Positions 1 through 9,026 of a stretch of DNA of 64,000 nucleotides are shown here, piece by piece; the first letter of the stretch is position 1; every line of letters begins with the position of its first letter. The notes under the pieces are model-generated. The model searched no databases, had not been told where the DNA came from, and saw nothing but the letters and a program-made list of their open reading frames with translations. The stretch is from a virus: the IMG/VR virus record IMGVR_UViG_3300045988_137393. One strand, given 5' to 3'. The translations under genes were made by a program, and so were the position numbers.

Positions 1-289
1 TCTTTTTATAGTTATGACTGATACGATATAAGAAAGCAGATATATCACGAAGATTGTCAATATTGGCAAGAGGACTTTTTATGTATGATTTAAGTTTCTC
101 TTTTGTGTATTGAGTATATGTCTTCGATGTACCTTTTGATATGTTCTGCTGTAAGATACGTTGTAATTCCTGAAAGTTAATCATCTGTGCATACTTCTGA
201 GTAGAAGTAGTCAGCTCATTTTTACGAGTTGGCGATGGTTCTGTCTGTACTGATTTCTTTGCAGAATTATTTGTTTTCTGTGTTGCCAT
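1..289 (-). CDS. 5' part of a late gene in the portal position (continues beyond window start)
   Basis: ATG at 289-287 with GGAGG RBS (revcomp of 305-309); frame stays open to position 1; lies directly downstream of terminase large subunit; no motif recognised. Confidence 0.35.
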   Translation of the reverse strand, partial: MATQKTNNSAKKSVQTEPSPTRKNELTTSTQKYAQMINFQELQRILQQNISKGTSKTYTQYTKEKLKSYIKSPLANIDNLRDISAFLYRISHNYKK

Positions 290-314
290 TTATATTTCTG
301 ATTTCCTCCTTTCC

Positions 315-2339
315 TTAGTTATAGAATCCCCATTTTTTAGGGCGTTTTGAGACACCGACCATTTTGGTGATGTCAAAGTTGTTTGTACGTTTCTTGTTTC
401 TGATATGATCCATTCGTTTTTCAGATAAATACCATCCAAGCATAGCCAAGACATACGCACGGTCGTCATGCATAGTAGCTTCTGAAGCTCCTGTATCAGC
501 GTCTTTATACGCAGGAAGTTTAAATGAATCCTTACCACCTTCACGCTTATTTCTACAGATATTAACAATTTCCTCTTTCATTGCATCAATCTGAACTAAT
601 GCAACTTCTTCATCAGGTGTTAATTTATATACTTGTGTTTTAGCAGCTTCAATCAATGAAAGTCTTTCTTCCAGCTCATTTTCATATTCATCAATGCTCA
701 AATCCAATTTGTCTAATTCTGCACGAATCTTTTCTTCCGATTCATTCATAAGTTTGATATCAACTTCCATGATATTGAGATAACCTTTGTTATCATATTT
801 TTCTGTGAAATGAATTTTGTCTGCTTCAACCATTTTTATTAAAGCCTCAAACATTTCAGATTTATATTTTGATGGTTCAATTAATTTCAGTTTTTCAACT
901 GCATTAGGGTATCTTTTAGCATACACATCACCATTGTTATATTCCTTATCCAATAAACCACGGTGAACATTACCTTTTTTATCTTTCCAATCTTCAATTA
1001 AACTGTCTCGAACCCAAGAGTTTCCCCCTCCACCAGAACCAGCATCGGCTAAGAAAATTTCAATATTGTCATAATCCAAAGCTTCACCGTTATAATCAAG
1101 AAGTATTTTCCTAATTTCTTTTATCTGGTCTTGAGTCATCATGGGTGTCTTTCTCCTAAGACCTAAATCAGAAAATGACACAACATTTACAATATCCATT
1201 GTGTATCCATCTTCTTCGTTATAAAGTAATTCACCTATACCCAGAATTGAATTGTCGGTTGAACGTGCTGGATCATATGCTAAAACAAATGTTCTTTCAT
1301 TGGTATCATTACATAACACAGGTGGACGAGTGTAAGAATTACGAACAATTAAAGCTCTTTTAATAATCTGGTTCGCATTCCCGTCTTGAGTGAATTTATT
1401 ATAATACTCACGTTGAGCTTTTTCTGGATTATTTCTTAATTCTGTCTCAACGGTTTCTCTATTCAAAAGTGGAACATAAGGTTTGCCATGAAAAGTAGCA
1501 TTAATAACAACATCACAGTTAATATCTGCTACAAAATATTTTGGATCACCTAACATCATTTTCTTGGAAAAATCACGATACTTTTGATAAAAAGCTGTGT
1601 CAATAGAAGAAGCAGAAGAAGCATATAAGAGCTGATGTGGAAATTCCTTTGGAAGAGAAGATATATCAATATTTCCACCAAGTTTGAAATTTGAATCAAG
1701 AGTTGTAAATGCACCAATAACATTAAATTCTTCTTCTGAGAGCCAGCCGCCCTCATCAAAACAGACGCACTCACACCTCTTACCTCTTTTGGCATTGATA
1801 TTACTATTCAATGTTTTTACAAAGCTACCATTATACAACCTATATGTAAATCCCATTGGATTGTGGATAAATCCATTTGAGTTTGCTTGCGATATTTCAA
1901 CTTCATTTTTAAAAACATCTGTAAGACCAGTCATTGATTCAATATTTTTTAATGCAATATCTTCGATCTTCTTAAAAGTTTCTTGGGACTGGTCTGCTGT
2001 TCCTGAACAAATGTACGTTCTGTAGTTGTTGAACAGAAGTCCCTTTATTATGGTAAATAAAGCAAGTAATGTCGTCTTTCCTGCGGCACGACTTTCCAAC
2101 CATAACACAAATGGTTTTGTCCATGAATTCATAAAAGTATATTCTTGTGCATCAAGAAGCTCAACTCCTATAAATTCTTTCATAAATTTTGTCGGGTATT
2201 TAATCCCAAATTGCTTTATTTCCGCTAATTTTTTATATCCTTCCAACTTCCTTTCAGATATTTGAAATTCAGTTGGTTTGACATAAATTTCATAATTTTT
2301 AGGTATCAATATTCCAGATTCAGTAGTCTCAAACGCCAT
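315..2339 (-). CDS. terL: terminase large subunit
   Basis: 674-aa ORF, GAGGAGG RBS; Walker A-like ESRAAGKTTL, Walker B-like CVCFDEGGW, C-terminal nuclease-size half; typical TerL size and position. Confidence 0.85.
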   Translation of the reverse strand: MAFETTESGILIPKNYEIYVKPTEFQISERKLEGYKKLAEIKQFGIKYPTKFMKEFIGVELLDAQEYTFMNSWTKPFVLWLESRAAGKTTLLALFTIIKGLLFNNYRTYICSGTADQSQETFKKIEDIALKNIESMTGLTDVFKNEVEISQANSNGFIHNPMGFTYRLYNGSFVKTLNSNINAKRGKRCECVCFDEGGWLSEEEFNVIGAFTTLDSNFKLGGNIDISSLPKEFPHQLLYASSASSIDTAFYQKYRDFSKKMMLGDPKYFVADINCDVVINATFHGKPYVPLLNRETVETELRNNPEKAQREYYNKFTQDGNANQIIKRALIVRNSYTRPPVLCNDTNERTFVLAYDPARSTDNSILGIGELLYNEEDGYTMDIVNVVSFSDLGLRRKTPMMTQDQIKEIRKILLDYNGEALDYDNIEIFLADAGSGGGGNSWVRDSLIEDWKDKKGNVHRGLLDKEYNNGDVYAKRYPNAVEKLKLIEPSKYKSEMFEALIKMVEADKIHFTEKYDNKGYLNIMEVDIKLMNESEEKIRAELDKLDLSIDEYENELEERLSLIEAAKTQVYKLTPDEEVALVQIDAMKEEIVNICRNKREGGKDSFKLPAYKDADTGASEATMHDDRAYVLAMLGWYLSEKRMDHIRNKKRTNNFDITKMVGVSKRPKKWGFYN

Positions 2340-2341
2340 AA

Positions 2342-3547
2342 CTAATCCTCCTCAATATTGATTCCGTTTTCTTTTACGAGAGCTTTTAAGTCAATGTTTT
2401 CTCTGAGTAAAATACGGGCTTTTTCTTCATACTCATCAGCAATTCTCTTATATTTTGTAATAAGTTCTCTCTGTTGAATAATCATATCTGCTGAATCATT
2501 TTCGTCTAACATAATCTGCTTTAAGATAGAAGCATTGCTGATATCTGCAACTTGCTTTAGACCAGCAGAGTATTCCGCATCATATAAATTTACTTCTGCA
2601 TCTCGTAAATTCATTTCTTTCATTTTACGGACTTTTCCAGTCCATGTGTTTTCGCCCTTAGTCGAATTAACACTATGCTTTAACGAAATTCCATTATCTG
2701 CTGCAAGTTTCAATACAGAAGCAGTAATTTTACTTTTTGTATCTTCGAGATTTTTAATGGTAGATATATTTGCTTCAATATTTGTGTAGTCATTCATAAG
2801 CCTTGCGATAATATCATTCATTTTCTCTATGTGATTAAATCCTTTTACAATTTCAATAATAGAGGAGAGTCGCATTCTATCATCATTTGCTTCTTCAGCA
2901 GCATCCAAATAACCAATAAGTGTTGCATATAAAAAAGGCTGTTCATCAGTTGATTCTTTTGAAAATGGATCATAGCCTAATAGCCTTATAGCATCTTTTT
3001 TATTCTGTTCATAAGCTGACATTATTTCTTCATCTGAACTATCTTCATTTTCTACGGAAGAATTGTCAAAACTATCTTCTGATATATTTGTTTTGACTTT
3101 ATAAAAATCAGAATCAAAATATGTCATACCATTATATTGTCCCATTGAGATCTGACGGATATATGCAACCCAAATATTAGATTTAACTCTCCCAGAAGCA
3201 AGGTTTTCCATTTCCTGCATACTTGAATCCCATATCCTGTCGAGGTAGGGTTTATTTAAATATCTCAATGCGAGCTTTACAGACTCTTTATCTGGCTCAT
3301 GTTCAACATTTTTATTGTCTACTTTTAACGCTATTCTACGAGCACAATCTTTACAAATTGGAGTAAGACCACTTTTACTCATAGGATCTGTACTCATATA
3401 AAATTTATCTCTTGCTTTATGTGTATCACACATATAGCACCAAGCACCTTCTTTAAGTGACTTGATTTTCTCTTCCTGTGTTTCAACTTTCTTCTTTAAT
3501 TGTGCAGCCGTTAATTTTGTGGGCTGTGTCTCTTTTGTCGTAGCCAA
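2342..3547 (-). CDS. hypothetical protein with N-terminal Cys4 zinc ribbon; possible small terminase by position
   Basis: ORF abuts terL start; CYMCD...CKDCARR zinc ribbon; start ambiguous (GTG 3559 lies inside the GGAGGTG RBS, so TTG 3547 preferred). Confidence 0.55.
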   Translation of the reverse strand: MATTKETQPTKLTAAQLKKKVETQEEKIKSLKEGAWCYMCDTHKARDKFYMSTDPMSKSGLTPICKDCARRIALKVDNKNVEHEPDKESVKLALRYLNKPYLDRIWDSSMQEMENLASGRVKSNIWVAYIRQISMGQYNGMTYFDSDFYKVKTNISEDSFDNSSVENEDSSDEEIMSAYEQNKKDAIRLLGYDPFSKESTDEQPFLYATLIGYLDAAEEANDDRMRLSSIIEIVKGFNHIEKMNDIIARLMNDYTNIEANISTIKNLEDTKSKITASVLKLAADNGISLKHSVNSTKGENTWTGKVRKMKEMNLRDAEVNLYDAEYSAGLKQVADISNASILKQIMLDENDSADMIIQQRELITKYKRIADEYEEKARILLRENIDLKALVKENGINIEED

Positions 3548-3661
3548 ACTAACGACCACCTCCTTTTATTTCAATATAAAAAAGAAGCCACTTAATACGA
3601 AATGACTTCTCAAACTTTCCAATATTAAATTTTCAATGAAAGCGCAATTCACTTCACTTAG

Positions 3662-3734
3662 CACACCTTCTACGATTTGAACATAGATCTGACGATTTTG
3701 GAGATCGTTGCTTTACCAATTAAGCTAAAGGTGT
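3662..3734 (-). tRNA. tRNA-Trp (CCA)
   Basis: Hand-folded canonical cloverleaf: acceptor ACACCTT/AAGGTGT, D arm GCTT/AAGC, anticodon loop CTCCAAA, T loop TTCAAAT. Confidence 0.85.
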
Positions 3735-3740
3735 ATATAA

Positions 3741-3770
3741 CAAAAGAACCGCCTCCAAAGGAAACGGCTC
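3741..3770 (-). terminator. rho-independent terminator after tail-fibre gene
   Basis: 6-bp hairpin 3746-3751/3765-3770 that is complete (G.U) only on the minus strand, followed on that strand by a T run. Confidence 0.55.
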
Positions 3771-3823
3771 TTTCTTCCAAACAAGCAGAAGAGTAGCAAT
3801 AACCACTCAACTGCTATAATTTT

Positions 3824-5800
3824 TTAAGATTCTGCAACAGGGTAACTAAATAATCCACTATATACTTGACTTGTTAATCCTACAACATGATGTTCCAATC
3901 CACCACTTAAATTAGGATGAATTAATACGCTATATGATGGATCAGCAACACAAACCAAAGGACACCAACAATAATCAGAACTTGGTTTTGGAACTGAATT
4001 AGCTCCCAATATTATTGCTTGGGTTGCTGTCTTAAACCCAATATTCAAAATACTCATATAACATATTCCATTTTTAATGCAATAGTTAATTGTCGCTCCT
4101 GCACTTGTATTTTCATCAACACTAGAAATATCAACAGAAGTCCAATTAACATCTGCAACCTTACTTTTATCAGCTTTGCCATCAATTGCAGATTTTAGAC
4201 TAATATTACTTTCGGTTGTCGGCTCATACATATGTGCAATAGCACCAATTTCAAGCATCGGTTTCAATACTACATTATCAACAGTAACGCCACTTCTAAC
4301 AACAATTCGGATACCATACTGTAACAAATTAGCATCACTAGCAGTCCAAGTCCTATTTCCATAATTTGTACTGATACCATAATTAAAATCGTTCTTTGTT
4401 GCATCAATTCTTACAAACTGGAAATAAATAGGTGCTTTGTAGCCGATACTATTAGACTGATTCACGCCATCTGACAATGTATAAGTCTGTCCAAGTTCCA
4501 GTGTTTTTCTATCAGAAGTATCATATGGACTTACCAATCTGAAATCAGATTCTTTTGTAGCTGTACCATTGACAGTTATAGTACCATCGACTTCATTCAC
4601 TGTATAGGTAACTCCATTTGATTCAAAACTTGTTCCATTATAATATGGATAGGATATTAGATTTCTTCCCTGTGAAGTTCCCACGCCACCAAGTTTAGTC
4701 TTTTCTTCACTTGTATAATCATTAGAAGATAATCCCTTGCCTTCTTCCTTTACAACAAGATTAGAAATATCTTGATGCTCAGTAAGATATCCTGCATCAT
4801 TTGTAAAGTCAGATACATTTGTTGGAACAGTCGGAATTTCTGTCTTATCTGCTTTATCAGTCTGTAATGTTGTAATAGCATTCTTATTATCCTTAATAGC
4901 ACTATTCATGGCAGATGCATCATTTTCATGACCAGAAATCCAACCACTAATTTCTTTTAGTGTATTAAAACTTTCAGGTGCATCAGAAACAACCTCTGCA
5001 ATCTTATCTGAAATTTCCTTTGTTACATTAGTCGAATTAGCTTTCTTTGCCAATTCAGTCTTAATCTCTGTATCATCATAATTCTTAATACTTTTTAATC
5101 TTTCAATCTCAGTGTCAGCAATCAGTGATTTACCTTTTATTTTGTCAACTTTACCGCTAATATCCTGATGAGAGGTCAGATAACCTTTTGCATTTAATTC
5201 TTCATCAGTCACATATTTATCAAGAGATGGAATATCAGAAGTGTTTGCTTTCTTAGCAAGTTCTGTATCAACATAATTCTTGTCAACATCTACAGTTGGC
5301 ACAGTAATATCAACTGATTTATCCTCCGCAACAGTCTGTGCGACACCATTGACCTTGATAGATTCAATGATATTTTCTTCGCCTGTAGAAGAACCTGAAC
5401 CATTCTTTCCGTCTTTACCATTTGTAACCGTGTATTCAAATGTAGAATCATCAGAAAATGTGATAACATATGTATCAACTAGACCTTCGGTTTTTGTCTT
5501 TTCAATTTTTGAAATACCGATACCATCCTGACCATTTGTTCCGTCTTGACCATTTTGACCAGGATCTCCCTTCGTACCTTTTGCACCATTCTTACCGTTT
5601 GTTCCGTTTACACCATTCATAACATCAAGAGTGGAAGTCTGTTTTGTGCCACTTGTGCCAGTCCATTCAAATGTAACTCTGTGACCACCATCAATTTCTG
5701 TAATTGATTTGATAGTAGCAGGAGCACCTTTTACTGCTCCGAGAGAATCGGCAGTTTCTCCAACATAGCCCTTAGCGGCAGCCAATGTAATAAGATCCAT
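3824..5800 (-). CDS. tail fibre protein with collagen-like repeat
   Basis: 658 aa; G-X-Y run GVNGTNGKNGAKGTKGDPGQNGQDGTNGQDG; repeated fibre-like segments (LTSHQDISGK / LTEHQDISNL); beta-rich C-terminal domain; GGAGGTG RBS. Confidence 0.8.
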   Translation of the reverse strand: MDLITLAAAKGYVGETADSLGAVKGAPATIKSITEIDGGHRVTFEWTGTSGTKQTSTLDVMNGVNGTNGKNGAKGTKGDPGQNGQDGTNGQDGIGISKIEKTKTEGLVDTYVITFSDDSTFEYTVTNGKDGKNGSGSSTGEENIIESIKVNGVAQTVAEDKSVDITVPTVDVDKNYVDTELAKKANTSDIPSLDKYVTDEELNAKGYLTSHQDISGKVDKIKGKSLIADTEIERLKSIKNYDDTEIKTELAKKANSTNVTKEISDKIAEVVSDAPESFNTLKEISGWISGHENDASAMNSAIKDNKNAITTLQTDKADKTEIPTVPTNVSDFTNDAGYLTEHQDISNLVVKEEGKGLSSNDYTSEEKTKLGGVGTSQGRNLISYPYYNGTSFESNGVTYTVNEVDGTITVNGTATKESDFRLVSPYDTSDRKTLELGQTYTLSDGVNQSNSIGYKAPIYFQFVRIDATKNDFNYGISTNYGNRTWTASDANLLQYGIRIVVRSGVTVDNVVLKPMLEIGAIAHMYEPTTESNISLKSAIDGKADKSKVADVNWTSVDISSVDENTSAGATINYCIKNGICYMSILNIGFKTATQAIILGANSVPKPSSDYCWCPLVCVADPSYSVLIHPNLSGGLEHHVVGLTSQVYSGLFSYPVAES

Positions 5801-5803
5801 ATG

Positions 5804-5995
5804 TTACACCTCCCACCACTTCTGATTTTCTTCATCGTAAATGTAAGACTTTTTACTATCCATTTCATAATAGGTTGAAGCATTCCCCACGAAAACATCT
5901 TCAAACTTACCAATAGGTTTTTCATCAGTAGAAAGTCCGTATAATTCAAGCCATACACGATTTGGCTTATCTGCATACTTGTTAATTGTGATCAT
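5804..5995 (-). CDS. small hypothetical protein upstream of tail fibre
   Basis: ORF-track ORF trimmed to the ATG with AAAGGATGG RBS 8 nt upstream; stop overlaps RBS of tail-fibre gene. Confidence 0.6.
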   Translation of the reverse strand: MITINKYADKPNRVWLELYGLSTDEKPIGKFEDVFVGNASTYYEMDSKKSYIYDEENQKWWEV

Positions 5996-6043
5996 TTTAT
6001 ATACCATCCTTTCTTTTTATTTAGTCGATTTTTTATATAACAA

Positions 6044-6065
6044 AACCGACTATAGAAAGTCGGTT
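6044..6065 (-). terminator. stem-loop/terminator downstream of tRNA-Pro
   Basis: Perfect 8-bp hairpin AACCGACT/AGTCGGTT with 6-nt loop, T run on minus strand. Confidence 0.5.
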
Positions 6066-6125
6066 AAAAAGTTTTAATATTTACCAATCAGTCGCCAAAC
6101 TGATCATAACTATATAGGGCGATAA

Positions 6126-6199
6126 TATGGATAGCAGGACTTGAACCTACAACGTCTAGTTCCCAAAACTAGTGGACTACCAAATTGTCCTATATCCAT
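6126..6199 (-). tRNA. tRNA-Pro (UGG), A1:U72
   Basis: Hand-folded cloverleaf: acceptor ATGGATA/TATCCAT, D stem GGAC/GTCC, anticodon loop TTTGGGA, T arm GTAGG-TTCAAGT-CCTGC. Confidence 0.8.
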
Positions 6200-6252
6200 G
6201 TAATAATTTTAAAATTTCTTCACATACTAATCAAAAACCCAAGGAGTAACCA

Positions 6253-6921
6253 ATGAACACATCATATAAAACAGCAATCAAATTCAAAGACTTATATATT
6301 CCTGTAAAAATGGTCAAAGTATCTCATAATAACTCAATAGAACTTAATCAGCTCTGCAAAGATTCAAAGGAAAGAGTACGTTATATCAAATTTTGCCCAT
6401 CATGCAATAAAGAAATTCACAATGAAGATATTGTGAAAGGATATAGATATGCAGAAGATAAGTATGTTATTTTGGAACAATATGATATAGAATCAATTAC
6501 ATCAAACCAAGATAGAACACTTTCAATAAAATATTTCTGTAAATCAAAGGAAATATCAGACATACTCATAGATAAATCATATTATTTAATTCCTGAAATG
6601 AATTCAGAAATCGAATATGAGCTTTTTCGCAAAGCTATGACTACGAATAGAGTAGTAGGTATTGCTGAAATTGTATTGGGTACAAAACAAGAATTAGTTG
6701 CGTTATTTGCCAATAAGAATTGTATTATTGCAACCATTTTATTTTATGAGAATGAGATTAACGAATTGCCGATTATCATGAAACACAAAATAGATAAACA
6801 ACAACTCGAAAATCTCAAACAAGATATTATAGATAATACAAAAGATTTTAATTGGAATTCACATTATGATAAATATCAACTCAAACTAAGAGAATTAATA
6901 TTTGAAAAAATTCCAAAATGA
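6253..6921 (+). CDS. ku: Ku-family DNA end-binding protein
   Basis: 222 aa; N-terminus YKTAIKFKDLYIPVKMVKV..ELNQLCKD..ERVRYIKFCPSCNKEI..EDIVKGYRY..DKYVIL follows the bacterial Ku (YkoV/Mt-Ku) core pattern; AAGGAG RBS. Confidence 0.8.
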   Translation: MNTSYKTAIKFKDLYIPVKMVKVSHNNSIELNQLCKDSKERVRYIKFCPSCNKEIHNEDIVKGYRYAEDKYVILEQYDIESITSNQDRTLSIKYFCKSKEISDILIDKSYYLIPEMNSEIEYELFRKAMTTNRVVGIAEIVLGTKQELVALFANKNCIIATILFYENEINELPIIMKHKIDKQQLENLKQDIIDNTKDFNWNSHYDKYQLKLRELIFEKIPK

Positions 6922-7111
6922 TAACGCCTTTCTCATTCCATCCTCGAATGGCGAGCTTTCATCTAAACTGCATAGGACGTATCCTATTGTTACAACAGTA
7001 CCAGTCCGAAGACCGCAAAGGGCATAGGGCGGTAGTAAGTGTTGAGCTTACACGCCTAAGTTTCGTATACATCCAAAAAATAGGTTTTTACATCAGGTTT
7101 ACCGCACGAAA
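6922..7111 (-). ncRNA. structured ~190-nt RNA leader immediately 5' of tRNA-Glu
   Basis: GC-richer than flanks; on minus strand two UNCG-closed hairpins (GGUC-UUCG-GACU; AUAGGA-UACG-UCCUAU) and a long GGCG..CGCC helix; only a spurious plus-strand ORF. Confidence 0.35.
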
Positions 7112-7182
7112 TAGGGCATAACGGACTCGAACCGATACTCATGGAATGAAAATCCATTGTCTTACCTTTTGACTAATGCCCC
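7112..7182 (-). tRNA. tRNA-Glu (UUC)
   Basis: Cloverleaf: acceptor GGGGCAT/ATGCCCT, anticodon arm ATGGA-TTTTCAT-TCCAT, T loop TTCGAGT (one U.U in T stem). Confidence 0.75.
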
Positions 7183-7216
7183 ATATTTAGGGTGGAAAAG
7201 TACCACCCATTATTTT

Positions 7217-7690
7217 TTACAGAGTATATTCTGTAGTTCCTTCAAAAGTATTATTCAATGCACGAATTTCAGCCAATTTCTCAGTAACAGCTTCCTTAAC
7301 TTTTGTAGCAAATAATACACACTGAGCCTGTGCATACAGTTCCTTCTTATCAAGAACAGTATTTAATACTGTATCAGGGTATTTTGTTACATCTCTTTCA
7401 AAATGAAATGCTAAATCTTCATTGATAAGTTTTCTCTCATTTGTTACATCCGTAATCTCCAATTCAACAATAGTAGAATCGTCTTTTGGATCTGTTGTTA
7501 CTTCTGGAACGCCATTATTAAGCTTGATGTTTCCCTTGAACTGAATTTTGCTATACTCGATATACTTATTGTAATTTGCAAGTAATTCTTTTTCCTGCTC
7601 ACTTGTCAAATCAGCAGTGCCAAGACTTGTAACCGTAATGTCTACACTTGCAATATCATTTTCTACATTAAATTTCTGATCTAATTTCAT
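7217..7690 (-). CDS. hypothetical protein
   Basis: 157-aa ORF, ATGA start/stop overlap with upstream ORF, GAGGGG RBS; no motif recognised. Confidence 0.7.
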   Translation of the reverse strand: MKLDQKFNVENDIASVDITVTSLGTADLTSEQEKELLANYNKYIEYSKIQFKGNIKLNNGVPEVTTDPKDDSTIVELEITDVTNERKLINEDLAFHFERDVTKYPDTVLNTVLDKKELYAQAQCVLFATKVKEAVTEKLAEIRALNNTFEGTTEYTL

Positions 7691-7980
7691 GAATTTGTCC
7701 CCTCGCTTTCGTTTGCAATTATTTGGTTATATGCGTCTTTGAAACTGATTACTAAATCCCTTAAAGTCTCTTTATCAATAGTACAGTCCAAATTGCTCAT
7801 ATCAATATTTGGATTTGATACCGTAAACTCCAATGTATTTCCATTTGGCGCAAATAAAACTTCCACAGATTCATTAAGCAGAAGAGTAATAGAATCAATT
7901 TTATTTCCATTATTCGATGTTACTCGTTTTACTTGCCCAACTTTTAATCTATCATTTTCAATAGATAATCTACTTGCCAT
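7687..7980 (-). CDS. hypothetical protein
   Basis: ORF-track ORF 7687..8088 trimmed to MASRL start (AAAGGAG RBS at 7990s); the longer version runs through tRNA-Met. Confidence 0.7.
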   Translation of the reverse strand: MASRLSIENDRLKVGQVKRVTSNNGNKIDSITLLLNESVEVLFAPNGNTLEFTVSNPNIDMSNLDCTIDKETLRDLVISFKDAYNQIIANESEGTNS

Positions 7981-8031
7981 TATATATACACTCCTTTCTT
8001 TTATTTTTAGTTTTCCTTTTAATCGTTGAGT

Positions 8032-8103
8032 TGCGGAAACAGGACTCGAACCTGCATTCTCTTGGTTATGAGCCAAGTGAGCTTCCATTGCTCGTCATTC
8101 CGC
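8032..8103 (-). tRNA. tRNA-Met/Ile2-type (CAU)
   Basis: Acceptor GCGGAA(T)/(T)TTCCGC, anticodon arm CTTGG-CTCATAA-CCAAG, T arm GCAGG-TTCGAGT-CCTGT; D stem is shifted by one nt relative to canonical numbering. Confidence 0.75.
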
Positions 8104-9026
8104 TATGATAATAGGAGAGGAGCGACCTCCCCATATTATATGTAGATTGGTAAGATCTACTGCCGATTGATTACCAGTCAACCGACAAAGAGAATATTGA
8201 AAATTCTCTGACATGTAATATTATCCAGTTGCAACGCCACATCGGAATTAAACCGAAATCTTCTCTGATATGAGACGCATGTTCAATCATGCTGATGACC
8301 TGGATAATATATTATTCTCCACATATTTTCAGTCTTCGGAGCAAAGACCTCTTGATAAGGTTTAATGACTCTTATCCGTCAATTAAGATTCTCATTAACG
8401 TAGAGAGGCACGAACATCTTCTCATTTCTGAAGGCTGAGATAAACCGATGATCCTAGATGTCGGTAGGAAAGAAATAGGACTTACAATACTACATGAATA
8501 ACAAATGCCAAGTTGATTTTTTCATATTTCAAATGAAACCGTGATGCTGTATCAACCCAATAACGGTTCACTATTTTGTGATTCTTATTGACTAACAGAA
8601 TCACTTTACCTACAACGATTAGAGGTGTTCCACACTTAACGGTGGTGGATTACCATATTTTTTAGTTGTCTACTAAGGCAAGATCTCTCCATAACACCGC
8701 CAATGAGCAGTAAGCAGTGGGAAGTTTTAGACCGTTCCAAAGTCAATAATTTCGCAAACCGACCTTTATATTTATGTCGCATATCGGTCAGCGACAGCTC
8801 ATTTGTAAAAGTCCGTCAACGGATTAACAGACCGCCCTCACTTCTTATGGATGTGAGCAGCTTTGTTATATTTTATTATTCTCTACATTGTCGTCACCTC
8901 TCGGCTCAAATATCACGTTGCTATGCTTTCTTGTTTAAATTAAATTGTTGATGTTGGACGAAAGCTTCATCGGTATCCTCAGTTTCTTCACGAATTATAT
9001 ACATCTGAATGGTTTCGGAAGGATTA
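8104..9026 (-). ncRNA. candidate large structured RNA (a), ~0.9 kb, 5' of tRNA-Met
   Basis: No minus-strand ORF >=60 aa; many perfect helices (8218-8228/8300-8310; 8189-8195/8203-8209; 8578-8585/8597-8604; 8537-8542/8563-8568); helix 8114-8120/8126-8132 is complete only on the minus strand (G.U). Confidence 0.45.

Noticed and set aside
290-568. ORF 290..568 (minus, 92 aa) and the many 60-130-aa ORFs antisense to or out of frame within large genes (e.g. 1684..2025, 17125..17493, 55260..55664, 56094..56462, 60786..61148)
   Set aside because: They are entirely nested in longer, motif-supported genes, lack RBS, and are typical shadow ORFs of AT-rich DNA.
7981-8088. N-terminal extension of ORF 7687..8088, and of ORF 10044..11033 (10923-11033)
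   Set aside because: The extensions read straight through tRNA-Met and the tRNA-Tyr-like gene. Internal ATGs with strong RBS (7980, 10922) give sensible starts.
8703-8951. ORF 8703..8951 (+, 82 aa) inside non-coding segment (a); likewise 14657..14974 (+) in segment (b) and 6918..7121 (+) over the tRNA-Glu leader
   Set aside because: They are on the strand opposite to the surrounding transcription, have no Shine-Dalgarno, have odd composition, and the last one runs through a tRNA gene. I treat them as spurious.
8104-9026. Group I or group II intron interpretation of the long non-coding segments
   Set aside because: I found no GUGYG 5' end or domain-V-like hairpin, and no P7/R-S type group I core words (e.g. 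GACUAAA / AAGAUAUAGUCC). The flanking tRNAs are intact rather than split. This cannot be fully excluded without covariance-model scans.
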